Shown here piece after piece: positions 9,284 through 17,392 of a stretch of 32,000 bases of DNA. Origin of the DNA: Pyrodictium delaneyi (GTDB lineage Archaea > Thermoproteota > Thermoprotei_A > Sulfolobales > Pyrodictiaceae); NCBI RefSeq assembly GCF_001412615.1, contig NZ_CP013011.1, positions 120,001 to 152,000 of the forward strand. Reading direction: 5' to 3'. The first letter of the stretch is position 1. Each line of letters opens with the position of its first letter. A program made the position numbers and the translations under genes. The notes below the pieces were generated by a model. It did no database searches and was not told the origin of the DNA. It worked only from the letters and a program-made list of their open reading frames with translations.

Positions 9284-10150
9284 TCAGCAGAGATACTTGA
9301 CTCTGATGTGCCCGGGTCCCCGTATAACATACTCTATTGCTAGAAACTCCTCGGATACACACGCCTCTGACACGCCTAGACGTTGTGCCTCATGTGCAGC
9401 GCTTCTCACGATTTCTACGAGCTTCTCAGCAGCCTCGTTGAGGGGTAGCCTTAGCTCTGCCACGTGTCGTCTTATGAGGGCTGGGTCGGGGAGCACAGCA
9501 ATACCACTGCCTGGAGGCTCAACTCCGGCAGCGCTAAGGCCAGCAGCAGCTAGCACGTAGAGGCTCTGAGGCGCTATCAAATACTTCTTAGCTCCTTTCC
9601 TTTCGATAAGGATGCCTTGTCTACCCGGTACTCTCCGTAGCCCGCTGCTTGGCCAGCAACCTAGACTCCTACTATCAACGCCTAGGCCTAGAGCGGCTGC
9701 CGCCAGTATAGGCTCGGCATGGAAGACTGTAGAGCTATCGGAGAGATGCTCCTCAAAGACTGCAAGCGCCTCAACCTCTTCCTCAAGCATGTCCAGCCAT
9801 GGTCTGTATCGCGGCTCTGTGAGTAATGGTGCTTCCTCACTAGCCTCTTTTAGTTCATAGTACGCATCTACTACGTACTCGTAGAGGGGCTCAAAACCGG
9901 TCACGTGTGCAGCAGGAACAGATGCAAACAATGTTATGAACTCGTCGTCGGCCTTGAAGCCGAGACTTTTGAGGCGGCTAGCAGTATGCTGAATAATCGG
10001 TATAAGCCACGACTCCGGGGCTAGGTATCTGCCACGCTCCTCCCGAACATTATGCATGCCAGCAACTCCAAGTCTAGCCGTAGAGCATTGAGGGGAGCAA
10101 TTATCCTCCCAGCCCTGCTCTGCATGAAACTGGATACACAGCCCCGGCAT
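9284..10150 (-). CDS. hypothetical protein, no recognisable family
   Basis: A long ORF with a normal composition and no motif I recognise. The start is ambiguous among 10243 (overlaps the channel gene), 10150 (MPGL..., sharing CATG with the channel start) and 10057 (MHNV...). Confidence 0.45.
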   Translation of the reverse strand: MPGLCIQFHAEQGWEDNCSPQCSTARLGVAGMHNVREERGRYLAPESWLIPIIQHTASRLKSLGFKADDEFITLFASVPAAHVTGFEPLYEYVVDAYYELKEASEEAPLLTEPRYRPWLDMLEEEVEALAVFEEHLSDSSTVFHAEPILAAAALGLGVDSRSLGCWPSSGLRRVPGRQGILIERKGAKKYLIAPQSLYVLAAAGLSAAGVEPPGSGIAVLPDPALIRRHVAELRLPLNEAAEKLVEIVRSAAHEAQRLGVSEACVSEEFLAIEYVIRGPGHIRVKYLC

Positions 10151-11135
10151 GACGGATAGGTGGCTGTCTGGAGGTGAATTAGCGCTGAAACGGCTAAGGA
10201 TAATAGGCATCGTGCTTGCCACGCTCACAACGATACTCGTCATAAGCGCAGCAATATTCTACATGTTTGAGCGCAGTGCTAACCCGGGCATGAGTTTCCT
10301 TGATGCACTCTACTGGGCGTTCATAACAGCCACGACTATAGGCTATGGTGATATAACACCGACAACTCTCCCCGGCAAAATAGTAGCGATAATAGTAGCT
10401 GTGGCCGGGATAGCAGCTTTCACGGCGCTCATAGGAGTCGTAGCAGACGCTCTTGTCGACAGCGCTACACGGCGCATCCTGGGCGTAGGCAGCGTCAAGA
10501 AACGCGGTCACATAGTTGTCCTAGGCTGGAGCCCGTTAACGCCAGTCTTCATACGAGAACTCAAGTCTAATGTGCCCCAGGCGGACATAGTAATAGTAGA
10601 TGAAAAAGTACCCCTAACAGTAGACGAAAACGTGCAAGTAGTACGTGGCGATCCCTTGGATCGCAACGCGTTAGAGAAGGCCGCTATATCCCAAGCAAGG
10701 TACATCGTAGTCACAGAGCTTGACGACTCACGTGCAGTACTCGAGGTGTTACACGCCCGGAAGGCGAGCAAACAGGCCGACATAATCGCGCTTGTTGTAG
10801 ACGATGAGAATATAGAGATACTAGAGCAAGCTGGGGCAAACCATGTTGTTCCAGTGACTATAGCGGCTATGCTTGCTGCGAGCTTTATCTTCGAGCCCTC
10901 TGTGCCGCAAGTGATAATAGACCTAGCTAGCAGCACCTTGGGCAAAGCAGACGTGATCGAGGAGGATGCCTTACAGTTCGCGGGTATGAGGTTTAGTGAT
11001 GTACTTGTAGAGGCTAAGACTAGGTACAACAAGATACCCATAGCTGTGCGCACTAGTAATGGCGTTGTAGTTAATCCGCCGGGGAACTATGTGATAAAAG
11101 AGGGTGACCGCTTGATATCAATAGTCAACAGCTAG
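10149..11135 (+). CDS. two-TM potassium channel with RCK/TrkA-N and TrkA-C domains (MthK-like)
   Basis: 328 aa. It has the selectivity filter TTIGYGD (10332-10352) between two TM helices, the Rossmann-like HIVVLGWSP, and a C-terminal VIKEGDRLISI. Confidence 0.85.
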   Translation: MTDRWLSGGELALKRLRIIGIVLATLTTILVISAAIFYMFERSANPGMSFLDALYWAFITATTIGYGDITPTTLPGKIVAIIVAVAGIAAFTALIGVVADALVDSATRRILGVGSVKKRGHIVVLGWSPLTPVFIRELKSNVPQADIVIVDEKVPLTVDENVQVVRGDPLDRNALEKAAISQARYIVVTELDDSRAVLEVLHARKASKQADIIALVVDDENIEILEQAGANHVVPVTIAAMLAASFIFEPSVPQVIIDLASSTLGKADVIEEDALQFAGMRFSDVLVEAKTRYNKIPIAVRTSNGVVVNPPGNYVIKEGDRLISIVNS

Positions 11136-11150
11136 AAGCCCCGGGTAAGA

Positions 11151-11160
11151 CCTTATATCC
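11151..11160 (+). promoter_or_regulatory. TATA-like box upstream of ABC binding-protein gene
   Basis: CCTTATATCC is centred about 29 nt upstream of the TTG at 11185, which is leaderless spacing. Confidence 0.35.
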
Positions 11161-11184
11161 TCTCTAGGGCGTGTTGCCAGCATC

Positions 11185-12582
11185 TTGAGAGGGATAGAGC
11201 AGGCCATGCCGACCGAGAGACAACTAGTGGTAACAATAGTAGCGCTCATGGTGCTTGGCCTGAGCATGTTCACAGCCTATTATGTTCTCACCTCGACAGG
11301 GGGTCAGGCTAGCGAGGTCAAACTCGTGATAGTTACTCGCTTGTCCCCGGAAGAGCAGAAGGCTCTACGAGAAGCCTTCCTTAACAGTAGTATAGCTAAG
11401 CAGTACAATATAGTTGATGTAGAATTCCGTAAACTCGACTACTCCCAGTGGCCCGACCTCGCGGCAAGTGGAAAGGTCGACGCCTTCTTCATAGGCGAGA
11501 AGCCGGTATACGACAGACTCTGTAGAGAGGGCCTACTAGCACCGATAAGCCTCAAAGAGCTACTAGACATAGCAGCTGAGCTCGATAGTCGGTACATCGG
11601 TAGAACCGGCAGCGGCGACATATGCTGGATAGCTGTAGGCCAGGCTGTCTACGGTTATATAGTCAACAAGATGTTCCTTGAGCGCTACGAGCTACCAGTA
11701 CCCGAGACGTGGGGAAGCCTTGAGGACCCCGTCTACATTAAGCCTCTAGCCTCGGCAAGCTATACGGTATCCTTCCCGAGGCCAAGCAAGAGCGGCACTG
11801 CAAGGACGATTGTACATGGTATCCTCCAGAAGTATGGCTGGGATGACGGCTGGCGCCTACTAACAGTGATAGGAATGGAGGCAGGGATAGTAGATAGCTC
11901 TGAGACAGCACGTGACCAGGCAGCAGAGGGTGTAGTAGGTGTTGCGCCGGCCTACATCGGCTATGGTGTTGAAGCTGAACGGGTAGGCAAGGGCGCTGTG
12001 TTCATGATACCGCGGGGTGAAGGTATACTCTACCTCTCGCTAGCAGCGGTGGCTAAGGGTAGTAAGCACCCCGTAGAGGCACAAGCGTTCATCCTATGGC
12101 TCTTGAGCGATGAGGGTCAGCGCGCACTAGCTAGGCTCTTCTACTACATACCAGTAAGGCCTGTCTCGGGAATAGACTGGGTAGAGAGGATATACAACGA
12201 ACTCAAGGACAACATATTCGACTATGACCGCGACCTAGCCTCCAAGATGGATCTCGCAGTCACAACATACTTTGAAGCCGCAATAGCTGATAGCGACTCT
12301 AACGCCCTACTCAAGCAGATAGGCAGTCTGCTAGCTGATCTCTACACTCAGGGTAAGCTGACGAAGAGCGAGTACATGGATATAATAGCGAAGCTAGGCT
12401 CGCCACTAAAGATACGCGACCCGTGGAGCGGTAACGAGGAGGTATTCACGCCCGAGTACGCTGAGAAGATAAACAGCAAGTTGGCCAACGGTGCCGACCG
12501 CGACAAGTTCTATAACGCTGTCAAGGAGGCTGCGATAGAGAGGTATCAGAACATACTAGCTATGCTCCGCGAGAAGGGCTAG
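11185..12582 (+). CDS. ABC transporter substrate-binding protein (family 1, Fe(III)/thiamine-like), membrane anchored
   Basis: 465 aa with an N-terminal TM anchor (VVTIVALMVLGLSMF). The periplasmic-binding-protein pattern is PETWGSLEDP...SKSGTART. A fused permease gene follows immediately. An alternative ATG start lies at 11206. Confidence 0.65.
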   Translation: MRGIEQAMPTERQLVVTIVALMVLGLSMFTAYYVLTSTGGQASEVKLVIVTRLSPEEQKALREAFLNSSIAKQYNIVDVEFRKLDYSQWPDLAASGKVDAFFIGEKPVYDRLCREGLLAPISLKELLDIAAELDSRYIGRTGSGDICWIAVGQAVYGYIVNKMFLERYELPVPETWGSLEDPVYIKPLASASYTVSFPRPSKSGTARTIVHGILQKYGWDDGWRLLTVIGMEAGIVDSSETARDQAAEGVVGVAPAYIGYGVEAERVGKGAVFMIPRGEGILYLSLAAVAKGSKHPVEAQAFILWLLSDEGQRALARLFYYIPVRPVSGIDWVERIYNELKDNIFDYDRDLASKMDLAVTTYFEAAIADSDSNALLKQIGSLLADLYTQGKLTKSEYMDIIAKLGSPLKIRDPWSGNEEVFTPEYAEKINSKLANGADRDKFYNAVKEAAIERYQNILAMLREKG

Positions 12583-12587
12583 CAGCG

Positions 12588-14342
12588 ATGCATACACCGC
12601 TTTGGCTGGTGCTGCCTACAGTCCTCCTTGTCGTCGTTCTCCTCCTAGCCCCTCTTGCCGTCATGTTTTCGCCGGAGGCCCTCCTTGAGGGTGTTAGGCT
12701 AGCCATAGAGCAGCCTGGAAGCCTTGCTCCAGTAACTAGCAGGCCTGCTGTAGAACTAGTGAAGCTCGGCGACCGGAGCATCATAGTCTTACGGGGGCCG
12801 AGCCTCGGCGTTATACCCAACAGCCTGACCCTAGCGCTAGTAGTGTCTCTAGTCTCGACGCTCCTAGGCTTCCTAGCCGCGTTAGCGGCTCTCCTTTACC
12901 GGGTCCTTAGCCGCGTAGCGACTGTGTTGGTCCTGGTATCGCTGCTCCCATACCCCTTTGTCGAGGCCTATGTCGTGCGTAGGCTGCTTGACCCAGACCA
13001 TGGTCTTGTAAATCTGGTGCTCCGACCGCTCGGCCTAGGCTTGGCTGTGCAGGGCCTAGCTGGCGTAGCGCTCTACCAGGTAACGGTGTTTACGCCAGTA
13101 GCCTTCGTAGTCCTCTATGGCTACGTCTCTGGCCTCAGCCGTGAGGCTGTAGAGGCTGCGCTACAGCTAGGGGCCCGTGGGCTGCAACTAGCTAGGCTTG
13201 TCGCCCGTCTCTCCGGCCCGGCTCTCGCAGCCTCGGCGGCGCTGACAGCAGTACTAAGCCTCGACGATGTAGCTGGGCCACTCGTTTTCCAGATGGATCC
13301 GGGCGCTAGGAGCCTGTTGGCCTACCGGGCCTATAGTTACTTCATGGAGTCTGTAACCGGTACTGTGTCACCCACAGCGCTGGGCTACAGTGTGATACTG
13401 TTGACGGCGTCACTAGCGATCTTCCTTGCCGGCTACCCCTTCATAGCCCGGACCTACCGTGGGCTCCAGTCAGGCGGCCGGTATGAGGGCCTACTACCAC
13501 GACTCGACAGGCACGCGCTGGGAGCCCTTACAGTCCTGGTTGTTGCCCTGGGGCTCCCGGCGCTGGTAAAACTTCTAGCCATACTCTATGGGATTAGTGG
13601 TAGCTGGGTCGCCTCTCCCCTCCCAAGCCCCGGCCTAGACTCTCTAAGGATGCTGGCAGGTATGCCAGACGTAGCGCGTGGTATCGCTAACAGTCTTCTC
13701 TACACCTCTATAGCGCTGGCAGCATCCATGGCCCTAGTGCTGCCGGCAGCTCACGTACTTGCGCGGAGAACGGGACACTTAGCAGTCCTAGCCGACGCCT
13801 TGATAGACATGCCTGTAGCTGTGCCAGGCATAGTCATGGCTTATGCGTACTACATAGTCTTTCACAGCCTCTTCGCGGACACCCCACTGGACCCGATAAC
13901 AAGCCCATGGATCTACCTTGTAGCTGGGTATACTGTGCGCAGGATCCCACTACTCTACAAGGCGGCTCAAGCCGTAGTAGCCTCGATACCGGTCGAGCTA
14001 GAGGAGGCAGCAGCCGCACTAGGAGCGGGAGCAGGCCAGATCGAGAGAGCGGTAATCGCGCCACTAGCTATCCAGAGGCTATACCCAGCCATCGTATTTA
14101 CGGGACTGAGTATAGCTACAGAGGTGAGCCTCTCAATAACCATCGGTGGCCTAGCGGGCTCTAGTGGGTTCACGCATTCAGCACCTCTCATGTATCTTGT
14201 AGCTGGCTACATGAGCTACGGTGGGCTCGTATATGCAGGTGTGCTCGCCCTAGCAACCACTGTGCTCCATGCCGGGGTTGTAGCCCTAGCCGTCCTCGAG
14301 GCCAAGCTAGCCCTAATAGTCCTCAGGAAGAGCTACCGGTAG
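12588..14342 (+). CDS. ABC transporter permease, duplicated (two-module) FbpB/ThiP-like
   Basis: 584 aa and polytopic. It has two EAA-type loops: EAALQLGARGLQLARLV and LEEAAAALGAGAGQIERAVIAPL. Confidence 0.75.
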   Translation: MHTPLWLVLPTVLLVVVLLLAPLAVMFSPEALLEGVRLAIEQPGSLAPVTSRPAVELVKLGDRSIIVLRGPSLGVIPNSLTLALVVSLVSTLLGFLAALAALLYRVLSRVATVLVLVSLLPYPFVEAYVVRRLLDPDHGLVNLVLRPLGLGLAVQGLAGVALYQVTVFTPVAFVVLYGYVSGLSREAVEAALQLGARGLQLARLVARLSGPALAASAALTAVLSLDDVAGPLVFQMDPGARSLLAYRAYSYFMESVTGTVSPTALGYSVILLTASLAIFLAGYPFIARTYRGLQSGGRYEGLLPRLDRHALGALTVLVVALGLPALVKLLAILYGISGSWVASPLPSPGLDSLRMLAGMPDVARGIANSLLYTSIALAASMALVLPAAHVLARRTGHLAVLADALIDMPVAVPGIVMAYAYYIVFHSLFADTPLDPITSPWIYLVAGYTVRRIPLLYKAAQAVVASIPVELEEAAAALGAGAGQIERAVIAPLAIQRLYPAIVFTGLSIATEVSLSITIGGLAGSSGFTHSAPLMYLVAGYMSYGGLVYAGVLALATTVLHAGVVALAVLEAKLALIVLRKSYR

Positions 14343-15599
14343 TCCCGCCCGCTGCGCCCTCAACGCTAGCTCGGCAGCCTTCCAGGGGTCGTCCAGCTCC
14401 GGTGCGTTAACGCCCTCTTGCCAGGCACGTCGGTACATCTCTGAGATTCTCTCGGCCCTTAGCTCCTCCAGCTCCTCCCTTCCCTCCAGGATCTTCTTAG
14501 CGTATAGCAGAGGCTTTGCATCCCTAGCGCTGAACCGCCACAGATGTTGTTCCCGGAACTCCTCTAGGCTAGTCCAGCTATACCATCGCCTCCACATCTT
14601 CTCGAACACGGCATCAATTAGCCCCGGGTCCTCTAGGGATGGTATACTCTCGAACTCGTGGAGCGCCTTGTAGGGACAGAGAGCACAGGCAACACGCGGC
14701 ACACCATCTAGATAGTCTGGATGGACTAACTCTGCCTCTCGGACAATCGCCACTATATCGGGTAGTGTGAACATGTATGTCGGCCGGAACTTCCTACCGG
14801 TGAGGACTACTCGGCTAGCAGCAGCTTTTGAGAGTCGCTCAAACCTCTTTGGCGACTCTGTGAGCCTATCGCCTATCACCTCTATCAGCTTCGGGTCTTT
14901 CTTCCTAGCCTCCCTCATCGGCTTGGCTTTGTACACAGTGCAGAACCTATAGCCGCGCCGAGGCATGCCCTTCCACTTGAGGAGACTCTTCATATCCCTC
15001 CGCGGGGCGGATCTTACGTCGACAGTAATGCCTAGCCGTGATGCAAGCTTCTCGACGAATTCGACGCTACGCGGGCTCTCCAGGAACGGTATATGGATGA
15101 ACATCACATGGAGTCGGAAGTCTACATACTCTTGTAGCTTGAGGAGTGTGAGGAGTGCGGCCACAGAGTCCTTGCCGCCGCTAAAGCCCAGGAGCACAGT
15201 CCTGCCACGCAGCTCTCTACCGACCATGCGGACAAGCATCCTAGCATACTCGTCGAGGTCAGGAACGGCTCTGGCATGAACGTATGGCGGGGAAGAGAGC
15301 CATGGCCTTACTGGCGCAAAACCACGCCCGCGCCCGGCATCTACTTCCAGTATGCCTCTACGGTTGAGGAGCCCGGTAACATCCAGGGCCCGGCTCCTGG
15401 AGACCCATAGGTAGTAGCGGCAGCTACCGTCAACGTTACAGATCTTTGTAGCGTCGCCCCCACTGCCTACTACTCCACGTAGCTCGCCCCTCTCTATAAC
15501 AGGGTACAATTCAGTCATTGCATGATCACCGCCGTCGGCAACGATGCCCCAGTGTGCTCCGTAGTGGTCAGGGACGGGTGTAGGGGGCGGTCTCCTCAT
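14313..15599 (-). CDS. PAPS reductase/DndC-like PP-loop ATPase family protein, paralog 1
   Basis: 428 aa. Motifs are the PP-loop FSGGKDS (rc 15165-15182), RFCTVYKAKP, VIGDRLTESPKRF and ACALCP. The N-terminal ~110 aa and the ~115 aa C-terminal tail are unassigned. An alternative ATG start is at 15518 (MTELYPV). Confidence 0.75.
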   Translation of the reverse strand: MRRPPPTPVPDHYGAHWGIVADGGDHAMTELYPVIERGELRGVVGSGGDATKICNVDGSCRYYLWVSRSRALDVTGLLNRRGILEVDAGRGRGFAPVRPWLSSPPYVHARAVPDLDEYARMLVRMVGRELRGRTVLLGFSGGKDSVAALLTLLKLQEYVDFRLHVMFIHIPFLESPRSVEFVEKLASRLGITVDVRSAPRRDMKSLLKWKGMPRRGYRFCTVYKAKPMREARKKDPKLIEVIGDRLTESPKRFERLSKAAASRVVLTGRKFRPTYMFTLPDIVAIVREAELVHPDYLDGVPRVACALCPYKALHEFESIPSLEDPGLIDAVFEKMWRRWYSWTSLEEFREQHLWRFSARDAKPLLYAKKILEGREELEELRAERISEMYRRAWQEGVNAPELDDPWKAAELALRAQRAGLPVALPEDY

Positions 15600-15607
15600 A
15601 CCCGGGG

Positions 15608-15647
15608 CCTCGGTGGCTCAACCCTTCATCAGCCCGAGCCCGGGGCT
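15608..15647. repeat. GC-rich motif block, copy 1 (CCTC-GGTGGC-N-GAGCCCGGGGCT)
   Basis: CCTCGGTGGCTCAACCCTTCATCAGCCCGAGCCCGGGGCT shares collinear blocks CCTC, GGTGGC and the 12-mer GAGCCCGGGGCT with 17293-17326. The statistical support is weak. Confidence 0.25.
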
Positions 15648-15657
15648 ATGCTTACAC

Positions 15658-15674
15658 CTATAGTCGCCTATATC
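15658..15674. promoter_or_regulatory. only A/T-containing patch in the divergent spacer (CTATAG..CTATATC); possible bidirectional TATA
   Basis: The region between the two PP-loop genes is otherwise G+C-rich. CTATAGTCGCCTATATC is the only TATA-like candidate on either strand. Confidence 0.25.
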
Positions 15675-15758
15675 AGCCCCTCCACAGCCGTCTACACATC
15701 GTAGGGGTGCGCCGGGGACCGGGCCTCCGTCGAGAGGAGACTGGGTGCGCGAACAGCC

Positions 15759-17192
15759 ATGTTCACCATCGTAACGAGGAGTAAACGCGATGCAGACGCC
15801 GTAAAAGCTATGATTGAGCGCTTCTATCCAGGCTGGGGTATAGACGTCAAGACGCTCCATGGGGCGCGCAGCGGCGAGGCAATGCTGCGCGAGCTATCCG
15901 GCATTATCGAGCCAGACCGCTTCTACATAGTACTTCTCGGCAGGGAGGATCGGCGCGCGGCAAGAGAGCTCATCGAGGAGGTGCCGCCTAACGTCGTAGT
16001 ACACGTGGTGCCGCGGTCTCGGGTAAGGAATGCGAGGCTTGAGCTGCTCTACGCGGAGGTAGCTCGTGCCCGTGCCGTCATCAGAGTAACCGCGGTCTGG
16101 GACGAAGCTAGGAAGGTGTTTCTCCTAGGTCCTCGCCGGCGTGGCCAGCCCCTGGAGGGCTTGGAGCCCCAGCCTAGCTTTGACAACTTCATCGGTTTAG
16201 GTAGGTTTGCGAAGATAGTATCGAGGCTCGCAGGGGGTCGAATCGGCCTCAACCCCCTGGTAGTCCGTACACGGGGCGGCTTGCACCTAGTCTACAACGG
16301 GCCTAAGCCGCGGGCCGAGCTAGAGGTTAGGGATGAAGGACTCACGCCTCAGGCACGCATAGTCGGAGACGATGAGCCAGTGGATGTGAACCTTGAGGCA
16401 ATGGTGGAGGCGAACCGGAGCATACTCCAGCTCTACGAGCGGGCTTCCCTAAGGTTCCTAGAGAGCCTGGGAGAGTTCGACACAATAGTTGTGCCCTGGA
16501 GTGGGGGCAAGGACAGTACAGCAATACTTCTACTTGCCATAACCCTCTATGGCCGTGATAAGGTGCGTGTAGTCTACGGCGATACTGGCACGGAGTTCCC
16601 TCTCTCCAAGCACTATGTTGAGGAGCTGGCCCAGAAGCTCGGCATAGAATACGTAGAGGCTTACGGCGGCGTCGATAAGATGCTGCTCGAGGGCGTAGCA
16701 CCCATGCCGACGCATAGTAATAGATGGTGTACCGGGCTCAAAGTGGCAGCGATAGAAGGCGTTGTAAAGAAGCTTGCAGAAGGTCGGACGCTCCTCCTCG
16801 TAGGTGATCGTGACGCCGAATCGCCGCGCCGGAGCGCGCGGCCCCCTGTTAGGCCGGGCCCAGCAGACAACATAACCATGGCGGCGCCGATCAAGCTCTG
16901 GGGAGGAGCACACGTACAGCTCTACGTGCTGTCGAAGGGTGTACCGCTAAACCCCATGTATGAGTACGGCTTCTATCGGATAGGTTGCTATATGTGTCCG
17001 GCCCTACGTAACTGGGAGCTGCACGTGCTGACGACGACGCCTAGGCTGCACCTACAGCTGCTGCGTAGCCCTATCTACAGACGCTTCGTCATGATGCGGT
17101 TACGCGGCAAGACTAAGGCGGCGGATTTTGAGCCGGAAGAGGAGGCGGCTTGTAGCTTCTCGTCGAGCGTTGTGACCGACTGTGGCTACTAG
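15759..17192 (+). CDS. PAPS reductase/DndC-like PP-loop ATPase family protein, paralog 2
   Basis: 477 aa. Motifs are the PP-loop WSGGKDS (16500-16517), RWCTGLKVAA, LVGDRDAESPRRS and GCYMCP (~16985-16999). A ~245 aa N-terminal region is unassigned. Confidence 0.75.
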   Translation: MFTIVTRSKRDADAVKAMIERFYPGWGIDVKTLHGARSGEAMLRELSGIIEPDRFYIVLLGREDRRAARELIEEVPPNVVVHVVPRSRVRNARLELLYAEVARARAVIRVTAVWDEARKVFLLGPRRRGQPLEGLEPQPSFDNFIGLGRFAKIVSRLAGGRIGLNPLVVRTRGGLHLVYNGPKPRAELEVRDEGLTPQARIVGDDEPVDVNLEAMVEANRSILQLYERASLRFLESLGEFDTIVVPWSGGKDSTAILLLAITLYGRDKVRVVYGDTGTEFPLSKHYVEELAQKLGIEYVEAYGGVDKMLLEGVAPMPTHSNRWCTGLKVAAIEGVVKKLAEGRTLLLVGDRDAESPRRSARPPVRPGPADNITMAAPIKLWGGAHVQLYVLSKGVPLNPMYEYGFYRIGCYMCPALRNWELHVLTTTPRLHLQLLRSPIYRRFVMMRLRGKTKAADFEPEEEAACSFSSSVVTDCGY

Positions 17193-17203
17193 CTCCCCAG
17201 AGC

Positions 17204-17242
17204 CCCCGGGAGGCATAAGCATACAAGAGAGGCCTCCCGGGG
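17204..17242 (+). other. perfect 11-bp G+C-rich stem-loop 12 nt after the paralog-2 stop codon
   Basis: CCCCGGGAGGC - 17-nt loop ATAAGCATACAAGAGAG - GCCTCCCGGGG. Confidence 0.5.
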
Positions 17243-17292
17243 AAGCCGCCTCCTCGGGATCCCCGGGGCTGCGGTGCTGACAACCCCTGTTA

Positions 17293-17326
17293 CCTCTAGG
17301 TGGCCCCGAGGAGAGAGCCCGGGGCT
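17293..17326. repeat. GC-rich motif block, copy 2
   Basis: CCTCTAGGTGGCCCCGAGGAGAGAGCCCGGGGCT is collinear with 15608-15647. Confidence 0.25.
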
Positions 17327-17392
17327 GGCAGAGCCCCCGAGGGGCGGGGGGGCTGTGAGGACTTCAGCGGCGACTGAGCAGCCCCTCTGCGG
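17323..17392 (+). repeat. degenerate repeat units upstream of hel308 (GGCTG[TG]G...GAGC..CCCC...GG)
   Basis: The units are 17323-17347 (GGCTGGCAGAGCCCCCGAGGGGCGG) and 17351-17392 (GGCTGTGAGGACTTCAGCGGCGACTGAGCAGCCCCTCTGCGG). They are collinear with 19674-19764. Confidence 0.4.

Noticed and set aside
10508-11053. 181-aa minus-strand ORF antisense to the K+ channel RCK domain
   Set aside because: It has the same antisense low-complexity character (S/T/A-rich), and the plus-strand frame has clear RCK/TrkA motifs.
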